Shown here piece after piece: positions 13,215-28,696 of a stretch of 64,000 nucleotides of DNA. Each line of letters begins with the position of its first letter. Position 1 is the first letter of the stretch. The stretch is from Octopus vulgaris. Lineage: Eukaryota. Both the position numbers and the translations under genes were made by a program. The stretch is taken from contig OX597815.1 of the NCBI GenBank assembly GCA_951406725.2, positions 134,540,001 to 134,604,000 on the forward strand, written 5' to 3'. The notes below the pieces were generated by a model. It had not been told where the DNA came from and searched no databases. It saw only the letters and a list, made by a program, of their open reading frames with translations.

Positions 13215-14283
13215 TATTATTATTATTTCTTTTTGCCACAGATTTTGTTGGAACTCTTGGAGTCGTGTATGCTTAGCGAGCTTGATACCTGCTGCCTACG
13301 GACCATGCTATCCGTTCTTTTCAGCTATCTAATAATTTCCTAATTATTCTGGCCGTACCAAGGAGGCAAACCTTTTGTAACAGTTCTATTGGGCCCTCTA
13401 TTCCAATTTCTTTCATATTCCTCTTGGTGCCTTCTGATACTGTTCCCAAGGACCCAACAATAATTGGCACTATCTTCACCTTCTTCATTTTCCTTAACCG
13501 GTCTATTTTGTACTTAACAGGGTTGTATTTATCTATTTTTGCGCCTTCCTTCTTGACTATTCATGGGTCGTAGGGGCATGTAACATCAACTATATAGCAC
13601 ATGTGGTGCATCTTGTCGACCACCACTAGGTCCGGTTTGTTATGCTCTGGCACCATTTCTGTTTGGATTGAGAAATCCCAGAGGAGTTTGCTAGTCTCCG
13701 ACTCCGCCACTCTCTGCAGTTTGTGCTCATATCACGTCTTGCCTCTCTCTAGCCTCAACTTTTCGCACAGTTTCCAAAGTAGCATTTTTGTTACCTGATC
13801 ATGTCACAACAACTTGTAGTGGTTTTGGGCAAGTCTAGGGCATCTGTGTGATATGGATAATGGTTTCATTCACTCTATTACAGATACGGCAGAGCGGAGA
13901 CACTTGCTCATTCCTCAGGTTGAGCCTCTAGTTCGTGGTCAAAGCGTGGTCTCTTTTTTTACCGTTCCTTTCTTCAGCCAATCCTGCCTATTTTTCCAGT
14001 AACTTCTGTTGTGCCTACATGGAAGTGATTGTGTAGTCCCTAATTGAATAATTCTTTTTCGCTTCCTTTTTGTACTCCTTTCTTCGTTTTTCCTTTTTTC
14101 TCAACTTTCAATACTCCCTCGTTCCCTAACTGTCACTAGCAATATTTCCATACTTTGACCTAGGTGTCTCATTAAGCTTCCGAGTTCGATACGTACAGTC
14201 TTCCACACTTATCAGTCCTCTTCCTCCAATCGCTCTCTTCATGTATAGGTGATCAGTGTCTGCACGCGGATGATGGACTCCAC
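13215..14283 (-). mobile_element. 5'-truncated R4/Dong-clade (RLE) non-LTR retrotransposon in a (TAA)n array
   Basis: HPRADTDHLYMKRAIGGRGL; zinc knuckle CRIC..ETIIHI..C; RLE LWDFSIQTE..NKPDLVVVDK..IVDVTCP..VPIIVGSLG; 3' (AAT)n; stops and frameshifts. Confidence 0.88.
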
Positions 14284-14957
<674 letters not shown>

Positions 14958-14958
<1 letters not shown>

Positions 14959-15240
14959 TTGTAAAGAATAAAAAGTTTTGAATGGTACAACAACGTACTA
15001 TAATATAAAAAAATGGACTATATACCTGTTGTAATTTAATTATCCATAGTCCGATGATATTTCGGAATAAAATTCCTTCTGAAAAAAGAAAATCCGTTGG
15101 AAAACCGATTATAGTGGAAACAGGAATTTTATTCCGAAATATCATCGGACTATGGATAACTAAATTACAACAGGTATATAGTCTATTTTTTGTATTATAG
15201 TGTATTGTTGTACCATTCAAAACTTTTTATTCTTTACAAA
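14958..15240. mobile_element. Fold-back pair (about 120-bp arms) between (ATT)n arrays, with truncated HHR halves
   Basis: 14958-15077 is the reverse complement of 15122-15240; GGAATTTTATTCC-GAAATATC. Confidence 0.8.
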
Positions 15241-15253
15241 CAATGCACAATAC

Positions 15254-15318
<65 letters not shown>

Positions 15319-15344
15319 TGTTATAATCATCATCATCATTATTA

Positions 15345-15535
15345 TTTGTTTATTTGTCAGAGTTCTTTCGTAATACATTATGTGACCTCTTCTTTGACTA
15401 TTCTTCTCTGTGTCTTCTCTTTTATCTGGTTGGAATAGACAAGACTAGAGAGAAGAGGAAAAATGGTAAAGAATAGGTATTCCCTGAAGCGGTCACAGAA
15501 TGTGTGACGAAAGGACTCTGGCGAATAAACTAATA
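15345..15535. mobile_element. Fold-back element related to 3893-4287, with an HHR-like motif
   Basis: CTGAAGc-G-GTCACA-gaatg-TGTGAC-GAAAGGACTC at 15484-15518; inverted partner near 15360-15395. Confidence 0.6.
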
Positions 15536-16299
15536 ATAATATCAAGGCTAAAGTGAAGATCAAATAGCTAGTGTTTGTGTTTATTGGCAAAATGACCACC
15601 CACCAAATATAGCAATTAAGCGATTAGTTATGCGGAAATATGCTATCATCACTACCTATATATGTTTACGGTGGATATATGATGGGCATAAAAAGAATAC
15701 TATTATTGTTTTACATTCAGTTTGCGTGTATGACGAGATGCAGTCACAAGTAAGTCGGTAATTGATATACTGACGTCAACATTCGTCGCTACCTTGCCTT
15801 TATGGATAAAGGATACTAACTTTGTCCTTGAACATTTCAATTTGTTTTTCGTTGGTCTGGGCTCTCATAACACTTATTTACCATCGACATAAAATTCCTG
15901 TACACAATTTGAACCAAGTATCATAACCGTCCACCGCCTAGCTCGGTCCATTCTGAATATATTTCTATTAACAAACATTACACTCAAACTCAACACACGC
16001 ACATGCACTCACGCGCACGTACGCACGCGCACACACAACACACACACACACACGCACACACACACACACACATGCGCACACATACATGCACACACATGTA
16101 TGTATATGTTTGTGAGTGCGGAAGTTTTTGGGCTGTTCGAAAATTAGATATATGCATCTGAAAGAGTATTAAACAAAAATGGCCATCTGTATGTCACACT
16201 AAATGGATACACAGCATTAGAAGGCTTGATGTTGTTGAATTATCCGAGATAAGCAAAGCCTCAACAGAGGCGAAACGCGTCCTGTACTCATATACAAAC

Positions 16300-17180
16300 A
16301 ATTTATCAAAGCTAATATTTAATCATGCAGCTAAAATGCTGTCAATGGATGAACAAAGGATGATTATAATTATTAAACAAGTTTTGAAAAATAAGAGGAA
16401 GATTCATTTTATATCCTGTATGATGATACTGTGCAGAAAGCAAAGAGATATAATTTTGTCTCAGAACTCGTATTACCACAGTAGCGAAAGGCTTCTAGAA
16501 AAATTGAGACGAAAATTGGGAAAGATACATTTCCGTTCACAACTTGAGATTATTACATGCCTATGTATTTTGAAGCCACAGATGTAGTATTGGTCTCAAA
16601 TTTTGGTACAAAGCCAGTAAGTTCAAGGGTGGGGATAAATCGACCCCAATGCTCAACTGGTACTTATTTTATCCGAAATGATGAAAGGCAAAGTCGTAAC
16701 CCCAAATGTTATATATGCCAACGTTTTCGTCAGCGGGGTTACAAGTTATTTCAACCAGGATACATTACTTTTAAAGGCGATCGACAACAAGAATAGCTCA
16801 TCAGAAACCAATTTTATCGAAGAAAAGATACACCGATGATATTGACGTTAACTCTTTCATACATTAGCCTACAACACTTGAACACCGACAATGACATCTG
16901 TTTATTGTTTGGCTGACTTTGTTTAGCATGTGAAAAAAAATATAGCTGATGGCAAGCATACAGTTTGCCAAATTTTACAGATAATTTCTGCAGTATCTGC
17001 TACAGGTGAACGAACGGTTTTTCTGACAAAACGACTGAAGATATGTCTTCGGTCAAGAATGGTATGGGAGATGAAGTTCTTTGGTTGTACTTCTTCATAT
17101 CACAAAGAACTGACAGACAATAGATTTTATTGCAGTTGCTGCAAAATTTACTTCCTGAAACGAGATGAAGTAAAAGTATT
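16300..17180 (+). pseudogene. Decayed hAT transposase, C-terminal dimerisation region
   Basis: ILQIISAVSATGERTVFLTKRLKICLRSRM resembles the hAT S..ERSFS..KRLK..LRS.M motif. Confidence 0.6.
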
Positions 17181-17697
17181 TCGGCAGTTCCTGATCAGTG
17201 TGATGGTAAATTGCGTTGTTTTCCATTCTTAGCATGGTACCTACGCTTAATATTTTACTATACGTATTGTTCACACTAAAACTACGCTCTCCTAACATCC
17301 TAACCATGAAATAATATATTTTACAGTTGCATAGAAATAATGTATTATTTTTCATACCCATGATGACGGTCGGTTTATCTTTTAATATTAATTTACATTC
17401 ACGCCGGGCGAAATGTTTAGCGGCATGCTGTCCGACTTTACCTTTTTTAGTTCAAATGCCGCCGAGGTCGGCTTTAGCTTCCATTCTTTCGGGGTCGATA
17501 AAATAAGTACCATTTGAGCACTGTAGTCAATGTAATCGACCTGCATCCTCACCTACAATTGCTGGCCTTGTGCAAAATTTGAGACCAATATTAATTTGCA
17601 TCTAAACGATGATCTTCACTGCTTGCTATCACCTAATTCACATTATCCCCGCCCTGTACCTAAAATTAGCTTCGTAGTATGTAAGATACATATATAC

Positions 17698-17728
<31 letters not shown>

Positions 17729-19225
17729 TGTATGTATGTATGTATGTATGTATGTATGTATGTATGTATGTATGTATGTGTGTATGTATGTATGTTTGTT
17801 TGTTTGTTATTTTAATTTAGAGTTTATTTGGGCTGGTTACCTACTTGCTAGCAAGATTGTGAAGAAAGCACCTTCTTTTGTTCACTATCGCTTAAATCTT
17901 AAGAAGGGCTTGTAGATATCGTGATCATAGACAGCGTATGAATTAAGGAGTTCAGTCATGCTTTGCTTCAGTTGGCTCGGTATGTATCCTGTTCCAGTGA
18001 TAATAGATATGAAACTGAAAGAGTATCTTGGATTACTGGATTTGCAAATTTTTTCTATCAGTGGTCCATAGGTGTTCTCTTTTCTCTGTATTTTTCTGAC
18101 CACAGTGGTGACCAGAGTGCATCTGATGACGACAACAGAATACATTTTCCCTCATAGTCTTATGCAACAATAACTGGTCGGTTGAGTTTTTAATTTGGTG
18201 GCTGTTTAACTTTTAAGATCCACCAATATTGTTTTGACTCCTTTCTCTGAACTGTTTCGATATTTAGATCTGTTTCGAGTTTATTGATATTTCATAGCAA
18301 AAATAAAACTTAATTGTTAAAGGTTTCAAGAACATCTTTTACTGCCGAAATTATTTTATGTGCGTTATATTTACAGTGGTTACCGTTTAATTGGCCTCTA
18401 TACCGATAGAGCAGACGACACAAGCGAAACAGACGACACGGAAGAAGAGGACAATACCGCTTTATACTACTCATGCCTAGAGTCTGACTCGCATTCCCAG
18501 CCAATATCATTCATGTGGAAGTAATTTTATTACTGAAACTGAGAATCAAAGAGCAATTATTTTTTCATTGTTTTAGTGTTGTTCATTATATACATTGGTG
18601 GGATTTATAACATTAAAACTTTTACAAGGTTCTAAGTCTCACAACATAATATTTTTTAGAGCTTCGTCGGTTCAAGATTTTCTCAAATAAAACACATTAA
18701 ATTTGCCAGTATGGAAAAATTTCTTATCATTAAGAACAGCCTCGCCCATTTTCTAAATTAGTTTGTGTTCAATGGATATGTTTTGACATTATTTTTACAA
18801 GACATGGTTTCTAATCCTGGTCGTTAAATAGTACACATACATTACCACTTTCTACACAGACACATAGATACATACAGGCTTACATACAAATAGATATGCA
18901 TGTAAGTGACCCTGCTTCTCGAGCCAAGTAGTATAACAAATAAAAGCAGCAAGAGTGTCAAACACGAACGATGCTATTTCTGATAACATGTTATCATGGC
19001 ATATGTATTATGTATACTGCTTGCACTGACTTTGTAGAACGGGATAAACCTTTCCCCACTATTTCGTCAGCTTGCAGCTCCGTGCTCACTTCCTCCCACG
19101 CTGAAAAAGCTACTCAACAAGGAAATAAGAGATTTTGCACTCGGAATTTTGCACAAGGTCAGAGTAAATATTGTCGAAATTACTTATGAAGCAACAAAAT
19201 GAAGTCAACTGTCGATTACAGAAAG

Positions 19226-19475
<250 letters not shown>

Positions 19476-19880
19476 GTTGAATGAAGAGAACATAGTTGTG
19501 GCACCATATTTGACGGGCATAAATAAGATAAATGCGAATGAAATATGACACAAAATACAATTACTCGAATAAATGGAGAATTCGGACAAAAACACATGAT
19601 TGGTATTTGGAAATGTGGGTGACATCTATTTAGTTGAGGTTAATACCATAAATAATTCCAAGTTAAATAATGTGGTGACTATGGTAGAAGTTTCACATCG
19701 CCACTATTATGCAAGATATTAGATTTTTGCTTGTGTGAGAAATAGAATGTATTTATTTATTTTTTTTTATTTAAGGAATTAAGAATACGGTATTGTAGCA
19801 TGCTGTGGTTGACATGATTCCTCATTTACTGACGCAATTTTAGACAGAGGGAAAGCTTATTTCAGTGTGTAAAGCTCATG

Positions 19881-20088
19881 TACGAAGAGGTACTGAACAG
19901 TTCCTAGCTTTAAGGGTAACGCGAAAGGCCTGATGTGAGGCCCAACTTTACAAGGGTTTAAAAAAACTGGAGGCTCTCTGCAATAAGTGTGTGAATTTGA
20001 GAGGGGAATATGTTGAATAAAATAATAACTAATTGATATCCCTGTATTTTCTTTTACCCAATGCCAGAAACTTTCAACACCTCTCGCA
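19881..20088 (+). mobile_element. Mariner-derived MITE (internal deletion derivative)
   Basis: Imperfect TIRs tacgaagaggtactgaacagttcctagc / gccagaaactttcaacacctctcgca; keeps the transposase 3' end seen at 100-165. Confidence 0.75.
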
Positions 20089-20279
20089 GGGAAAGAAATG
20101 GCCATCGCAAGATCAACAATAACAAGTAATGCAAATACTCTCATTATCTATCACATCACCAACAGTATGCAGCAGCAGGTCGGTTAACTAGTAGTAGTCA
20201 CCAAGAGAAAGAATTCAGGTCACACGGCAATAGTAAATTATTAATTTCAACCTAGATATAATCCATGGGTTTTGCGGAA

Positions 20280-21510
20280 AGGATATGGTTGATTTAATCG
20301 ACTTCAGTACTTGACTAATACTTATGATATCAACTCCCAGAAAAGATGACAAGCAAAGCAGATCTCGGAGTTTGAATTCAGAGCGTAGTTAAATACCAGG
20401 ATGCATTTTCTTTTTTATTCTACCCATTCTTTAAAATTAGTGACATATTGGTTCCAAATTTTGGCACAAGATCAGCATTTTCTGGGAGTGGACTAAGTCG
20501 ATTACTTCGATCCCAGTACTTAACTGGTGCTTATTTTATCGATCTCGAAAGGATGAAAGGCAAAGTCGACCTCGGCGGAATTTGAACTGAGAATGTAAAA
20601 ACAGACGAAATGCCGTTATGCATGCTAACGATGTCCGGCATGCTAACGATTCTGTCAACTCGCATCCCTAAAAATTGTGAAATATTAAAAACATGAAAGG
20701 CACCATAAATAAATAATTTCGGTGTATAGTTGTTGTTGACAAACAATGGCAGTAATTTTATTCAGCTGAATACACGTCATTCATTGGTTGAAATTACCGA
20801 AATACGACAACTTTAACACGAAATAATATTTTGAGAATATAAACTTTTCTCAACAACACTAAGAGTAAAAGATGTTTTATATGACACATTCTACCAGTGT
20901 CCGAAGTTTGAAAGTGTTTAGTTAAAAAAAATTAATTTCTCGATCTGCCACTCAAAGGGTAAAGATCTTATTTTATCGACCCAAAAAGGATGAACGGCAA
21001 AGTCGATCTCGGCGGAATTTGAACACTCAACGTAAAACGGACGAAATGCTAAGCATTTCGCCCGGTGTGGTAACAACTCTGCCAGCTTGCTGCTTTCATA
21101 ACTGAAATATTGGTGCCAAATTATGGCACTGGGCGAACAATTTCGAGTGAGGCACTAGTCGATCATATCGACCCCAGTGCTCAACTTATACTTATTTTAT
21201 CGGCATCAAAAGGATGAAAGGCAAAGACGATCTCGGGAATTTTAACTCAGAACGTAAAGACAGACGAAATACCTATTTCTTTACTACCCACAAGGGGCTA
21301 AACACAGAGGGACAAAAAAAAAAAAGGACAGACAAACGGATTAAGTCGATTATATCGACCCCAGTGCGTAACTGGTACTTATTTAATCGACCGAAAGGAT
21401 GAAAGGCAAAGTCGATCGGCGGAATTTGAACTCAGAACGTAACGGCAGACGGAATACGGCTACGCATTTCGCCCGGCGTGCTAACGTTTTTGCCAGCTCG
21501 CCGCCTTTCA
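20280..21510 (-). mobile_element. Cluster of SINE family B copies, including a dimer at about 21110-21510
   Basis: Repeated ggatgaaaggcaaagtcgacctcggcggaatttgaactc. Confidence 0.85.
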
Positions 21511-22786
21511 TAAGTAAAATATTGTCAACTCTAACGCTATTGAGATCGCATATATCAGGTCTGGTTGTGCATAGGTTGTGAAATTTCTTTAAAAGGTCTT
21601 GCGAGGCTATTAATCAGAACAATAAATGAACAGCATAAATTATGCAAGATACAAAACATTATACGGATTAATAATTTTGATATCGACAATATATTATTCC
21701 ATGGCACATGTTGCTGCAAGGGATTTTTGCTGTAAATACAAATGCATTGATAAGAAAAGAATCATATATTGCTGATGTTGTAGTTGTTGTTTGGCCTCAG
21801 GCCTGCTCGACGAAGCTGGCCTATGATAAAAGACTTTCCAGCCGCGATCATATCGTTGCTATTATGCAAAAGTATCGTAAGTCCAAAACGTTGCTTTTTC
21901 AGAAAACGGAAAAAATAGTTTCACCATTCCATTTCTTTTTACGTTAGTAACAGTTTCAGATTAACAATAATACTTTGTTGGGTGACTCCATGCATGTATG
22001 ATATTTCCAGTCAGAAATATTTTTGCAAAACTGTTGTATATGGGGCTTACTACGCTTTTGAAAAAAATACTAAACCGTTGTACTACACTTTGGCAATTTT
22101 CATATCTTGGCATCTGAAGCAGCTGAAGATACGGTAGTTTGACCAAGAGAACCGGCTATTGCAAGCAAAATTAAATATTGAAAAGAATAAGCGCATTTGG
22201 CCAAATTTGGACATACGGTAGTTTAACATTATAGCAACAATATGAACTTTCTACGTACGTACGCATGTATGTATGCATGTATGCATATATGACAAGGTTG
22301 TGAAGTAAAGCATCTTATTTTGTTCACCATCATTTAAATTTTAAATGTATCAGGAATAAGATTGTCCAAATCAGGATTAGATCTCTTTTCAACCTAGTAG
22401 GTTAAGAGAAATTAAGCAACAAGGTCTAAAAGATCGAGCGACCGCATAGAGGTTTCTGGTTTTGGTACAGACTTCCTCGGCTTTGAAATATGGGTTTTAA
22501 TTGGTCTTGTGGGTGCATGTTTCACTATAGAACCCATATCGCAAAGACACAGATGAGTTTGAATATTACATGAAAATTTATAATCCTCTGAGGGATGCTA
22601 GCATAATCGCATCATTACCTAAGACAGCAGCAACAGCAAAAACAAGAACGGACTCTATAATAGGTTAACTGAATTTCACATCTATCACTGGTGGTGCTGG
22701 TGAGAAGACACACACACACACACATACGCACACATACCTGCATATATAAACATGTATGTACGTAGTACGTATGTATGTTTGTAGGC

Positions 22787-22866
<80 letters not shown>

Positions 22867-23093
22867 ATATGTATATACACACACACATATCTATACATAT
22901 ATCTATAAATCTCTCTCTCTCTTTCTCTGTGTGTGTGTGTGTCTCTCTCTCTATATATATATACACACACACAAACGTACACAGACACATATACATGCGT
23001 ATAATACTACCTGTCACGTACACATATCTGAATGAACATATAGATATGTAAACACACACACACAGTTACCCACGCATAAATACATATAAACTT

Positions 23094-23125
<32 letters not shown>

Positions 23126-23769
23126 TATCTTTGCGTGTCATTAAAATGCCAAAATATATATAACCCCACCACCCCAAATATAGAAAATAATAATGACTAG
23201 TGATGGATCATTCACAAACCCCATGTGTTGCAAATGATATAACAGTTAGGGAATTCAAACGTCCACTCCTTCAAGTAATATTCTCTTTCATTCTCATTTA
23301 TACCTATATATTTCACTATCTTTTGTTTCTCAGATGTTTTACACGGCAACAATTAATGAAACATTAAAAAGAAAAAAAAAACAAAAATGGGAGAACATCC
23401 TTTTACCGAATTACGCATGAGCAAACATTTTTGAGTATTCACCTAAACGAAGGCGCAAATAAGAAATTCGGAGAAGCGATGTTGTTGATCATCAGCTTGA
23501 AAGGAATAAATAAATAAATCCGGCAACACGGATTGAGGATTTTCAGGTTCGTACATCCAAACGCATACATACATACATACTCGTATGTACATACATGCAT
23601 ACATGCAAACATGCAAACATGCATACATACAAACATGCATACATGCATACATGCATACATGCATACATGCATACCTCCATACATATATACATGCAAGCAT
23701 ATATGCATACATACATACATTCATGCAAATCTGCATACATACAAACATACATGCATGCACACATATATA

Positions 23770-23962
23770 TTGAGAGAATTCACAAAAAAAGCAAGACGAA
23801 GACAGGTGGTGTAGACAACAAACAGATATATTAGTATAACGCTCGGGAAGTGAAAAAGTCTTCAACGTTTCGAGCCTATGCTCTTCTACAGAAAGGAACA
23901 CAGAAAGAAACAAAGGAGAAAAAATAAAGAATGTGTAGTGGTTAGCGATCTATCATGGCGAA
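23770..23962 (-). mobile_element. Short HHR-like element between TA-rich repeats
   Basis: Minus CTTT-CTGtAGA-A-GAGC-atag-GCTC-GAAACGTT-GAAG; A6 replaced by U. Confidence 0.55.
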
Positions 23963-24309
23963 TATATATATATATATATATAGGTTATAAGATGTAATGG
24001 TGTCATTGATACCCAATGGTGTCAGGTAATGCTGAATAAGTGCTATAGACAGACCATAGTTAAGTTCCAGGTTCCGTAATTTTGCGAATAAGGGGTTCAA
24101 CTTTGGTCATATGTTAGCGTGAGTATATAAGAATTTTTTGCGTAAAAACCAAGGCTGTGTAGATATTAGAACAAATGTTCTAATATCTACAGAGCCTTGT
24201 TTTTTATCTCATTACGCAAAAAATTCTTATTTATCTCATATACGCAAAAAATTATATATATATATATATATATATACAGACGCATACATACATACATACA
24301 TATATACAT

Positions 24310-24579
24310 AGGAGCACTCCGTAAGTTACGATGATGAGGGTCCCAGCTGATACGATCAACGGAACAGCCTGCTCGTGAAATTAACGTGAAAGTGGTTGAG
24401 CATTTCGCAGATGCGTGTACCCTTAATTCATTTCTCAAGAAGCTTCAGTGTGGCACAGAGTGTGACAAGGCTGGCTCTTTGAAATAGAATTTTGCCAGAT
24501 GAGTGGACTGGAGCAGAGTGAAAATAAAGTGTCTTGCTCAAGGACACAACATGTTGCCGGGAATTGAACTCACGACCTC
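24310..24579 (-). mobile_element. SINE family C copy
   Basis: Reverse-complement match to 10790-11043. Confidence 0.75.
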
Positions 24580-24729
24580 ACATACATACATACATACATA
24601 CATACATACATACATACATACATACATACATACATACATGCATGCATGCATACATACATACATACATACATACATACATACATACATACATACATGCATG
24701 CATATATCCTGTTCCACACAAAGAATGCT

Positions 24730-25150
24730 ATAAGTGCCTAAGCAATGACGAAAATAGGTTTGTGAATAAAGATGGAGTGACCCGAGAATATTGTGCCAGA
24801 CTTAGAAATATGGCAGTCGAAACTCTTTTACAACAAGGCAATATCCCACAATGCATTTGCAGTACCAATATTTGGGTTAATTGACTGGTCTTCAGAAGAA
24901 ATCCACACCATAGACGTTAAAACCCGCACGATACAAATATCAATTGGAAACCTCCGAAATAGTGACATAGACAGGCTCTACCCAAGGGAGGAAATTTTTC
25001 TTCTTGGAAAATGAACTCAATATGAGGAAACTATCACTTTATGTTGCTTGGATTTCATCTGGAGGGAAAAAAATTGATAAATAACTAAATTGCTGATCAA
25101 AGGCATATTATCTAAAACCAACATGAAGAGTGATCTACTGCTGAGACATA
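24730..25150 (+). pseudogene. Decayed R4/Dong-like RT C-terminal fragment
   Basis: IWQSKLFYNKAISHNAFAVPIFGLIDWSSEEIHTIDVKTR...NSDIDRLYPR. Confidence 0.7.
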
Positions 25151-26182
25151 CATAAAAGTTAATGGAGTTTTAAAAATGTTAATTATTCTCATTGTCACCC
25201 GATTTCTGAATAGATTAACGATAATTCTCGTACCGATATAAAGCTTGTTCATGTTTTTTCCATTGCTATACTTGCTATATGCGTTTTCCTGGTCCTAAGT
25301 ACTAAAGGTGTTATAGGGCTCAAATCTGTGCAGCAGGCCCGTTAACCAAAGAAGCATAGAAACAACCTGAGTGGTTGCTCTGTTGTCAAATATGTACTGT
25401 TGGTGGAGAGAGATCAGTAGGAGGCCAAGTCTATAAGTCAGGAAGCCATGCGGACACCCACTCAGAAATTCGCATTTATTTGTGCAGTTATATTTATGTA
25501 TACATTGTTATTTTTTTTATGTGCGTTTGTGTTACACACACATCTGTTTCCATCTTTTCATCACAGTTATTTCTTCGTGGATTTTACCAGTTTCTTGAAA
25601 TCCTCTCGACATTCTACAAAATCTTCCTGACTTTTTAACACTGTTGAGTATTTATCACTAATGCTTTGACTTTTCTTCCTTTCCCAGGGTTCATACGTTT
25701 ATGCTGAAATCTTTCCTCTTTGTTAAAAAAAAAGTTTCCACACTCCTATGTATGTTTGTTATACACTTAAACACTTATCAATAACATTTTCCACCTTTCT
25801 CTTGCTACCACACCGATGCGTTTATTCTCTCACACTCAAAAAAGCTCCCACTTCTTCACATATGATTTACTACCAACTGACAAACAATTACACAAACATA
25901 CACACATGCACACACACTTTACACGTCCACTAACTAACGCCACTGTACTTCCATATTTCCACATCACTACACGCACACACACACATATACACTACTTTCC
26001 CTTTATGCTTCCTACGAGCCAACAGGTACTGTTATATAATCGCTTCTACGCAGTCGTCCCTTCCTCTTCTCTTAATTATCCCAATAGAACGGCATTCTTC
26101 CTTAGCTTTTAACCTTCACCCCTCTTCTTTTACTGACGTTTTATCTTCCTTACTCTCCTATGCTTCTCATTTTTATTTTATA

Positions 26183-26220
26183 TTCTTCTGATGAAGGATT
26201 AAAGTCCGAAATATTAGTTT
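26183..26220 (+). ncRNA. Minimal hammerhead motif at the end of a PLE-like remnant
   Basis: CTGATGA-A-GGAT-taaa-GTCC-GAAATATT; weak stem I. Confidence 0.55.
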
Positions 26221-26353
26221 CCTTTCTCCTTCCATTTAAGCGTTAAACAATTTTATTTGTTAAGCTTTTTTCTTTTGATACTTATATCGTACATACATAC
26301 ATACATACATACATACACACATACATACATACATACATACATACATACATACA

Positions 26354-26387
<34 letters not shown>

Positions 26388-26404
26388 CATACATACATAC
26401 ATAT

Positions 26405-26435
<31 letters not shown>

Positions 26436-27196
26436 CATGCATACATATTATGTATGTTTATACGCACACATATGTATATTTATAGACATATATGCACATG
26501 TTCATACACACACACACACACACAAACATACACACATGTTTGTATGTGTACATTTATGCACACATACATGTACATTTAAACACATATGCGCACATATACA
26601 TATGCATATATAGACACATACACAAATATACTCATAAGATTGTGTGTGTATGTGTGTGTATATTTATGCACACACATACACACATACGCGCGTGTACGAA
26701 AACACACACACACACACGCACACACACACACACACGCACACGCACACACACACACTGTATATGGCGTGCGTGTTATAGATGACTATTTCCAAAACCAAGA
26801 AACGAATTTAAAATTTAATATATATATTGTATATTACATGATATAGAAGACATTTTCAAAAGAAAATAAATTAATATTTAATTTCACACTAACTCATGCA
26901 TGCTCCCTTTCTCTTTCTCTCTTTCTCATACACATACATAGACACACCACATGCATACACACATATACATGTACACATACAGAGTATGTGTTTGTGTATG
27001 TACAGAAGTTAATATTTTGAAAAGAAAGAATTTAATATTTAATTTCCTTTGAACGAATGCACCATTCACTCTAATTAATAAAGCTGTCATCATTTTAGAT
27101 GATATGGCTATACTCGTGTGCGAGCGAGTGCGTACATAATGACGCAAAGACACACACAAATGTGTATGTGCGTGTGCATATGCATATATGCATATA

Positions 27197-27263
<67 letters not shown>

Positions 27264-27344
27264 ATGTGTGTTTGTGTATGCTATGTGTGTGTCTGTGTGT
27301 ATTTTTATACACACACATAAGCACACATACATACGCTTGTCTTG

Positions 27345-27396
<52 letters not shown>

Positions 27397-27501
27397 ATAT
27401 ATTATATATATGCATATATGTATGTATATATGTATATATGTATATGTCTATATATGTGTAAATATGCATATATGTACAAATATATGTACAAACATATGCA
27501 C

Positions 27502-27582
<81 letters not shown>

Positions 27583-27825
27583 ATTTTCGCCGTTTCCTTC
27601 GATATCGATATCACCAGAACCGCACCACGGCGTTTCACTTTCACACTTGCCATTATGCAGGTGATATCGGCCTCTTTCTGAATATTTTCTGAATAATCAC
27701 TTTTGAATGTCTACGACTTAATAAATGTTTCGAATTATCATGGATATAAGGACTGCGCAATTATCTACATTCTTTCGCGCGCGCGCGCAAGCATATGTCT
27801 GTCGATGGTGGGTTGGCGGTGGTGA

Positions 27826-27858
<33 letters not shown>

Positions 27859-28283
27859 GCACACGGATAATGAATGAATCCGGTGCAGAACCTCATTATT
27901 GTCTTAAGGCCTAACAGTAATTTCGAACTTTGAAACAATGCACTGCTCCCTTTATACTGTGCGCATGCGCGTGCCCACACGTTTTTCAACCAACGCACGA
28001 AAAATGCATTAATGCGTACACTATAAACTATTGCATATACGACAGGTTTGTTATGGAAAATAAGATACTAATTAATAATTATAAGTGCAAGCGTGACTAA
28101 GTGGTAAAAAGTTTGTTTCCTAACCACATGGTTACCAGTTCAGACCCGCTATGTGGCATCTTGGGCAAATGTCTTCTACTAATATAATTTTTTCTGAATC
28201 TTCAGATTTTTCAATATGCTAGGCCACTGGTCTTAAATTGATATTAATCAAATTAATATTCAATTTTTTACCCTTATTATTTA

Positions 28284-28330
<47 letters not shown>

Positions 28331-28333
<3 letters not shown>

Positions 28334-28550
28334 GTTAATCCAAACATGAAAACACAAAGGGAAAACACAACAACGCGAGGACGTGGAACAAATATAGTAT
28401 TATTGGACGCTCAGGAAGGAAGGGAAGAAGGAGGGTTTTACGTTTCGAGCGGAGCTCTTCGTCAGAAACATAGGAAAAGGAAAGATCCAGAGAAGGGAAG
28501 ACGGAGGAAAAAAAATCGCCAACGGTACACACGCGGTTACATTTTGAATG
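28331..28550 (-). mobile_element. 220-bp element with an intact minimal HHR (28435-28469), between (CA)n and (TA)n
   Basis: Minus GTTT-CTGACGA-A-GAGC-tcc-GCTC-GAAACGTA^AAAC; near-identical to the 46500-46712 and 46895-47108 copies. Confidence 0.8.
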
Positions 28551-28696
28551 ATATATATATATATAACCAGGAGAATAACAATAACATGCTGTCCAGTGTC
28601 ATGTAATTCTATGCATTCGGATTCAGAAAAAAGATCTCCAGAGAAAGACCCTCTTTTGCTCGTAAAATGGAAACAATTTATAATCTCTGAGCTTAT

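Noticed and set aside
16257-16282. GCCTC-aaca-GAGGC-GAAACGCGTC hammerhead half
   Set aside because: The CUGANGA core is missing, so not called, though probably a decayed member
20755-20962. piggyBac-like MITE end (caaagggtaa)
   Set aside because: No matching left TIR or TTAA TSD found
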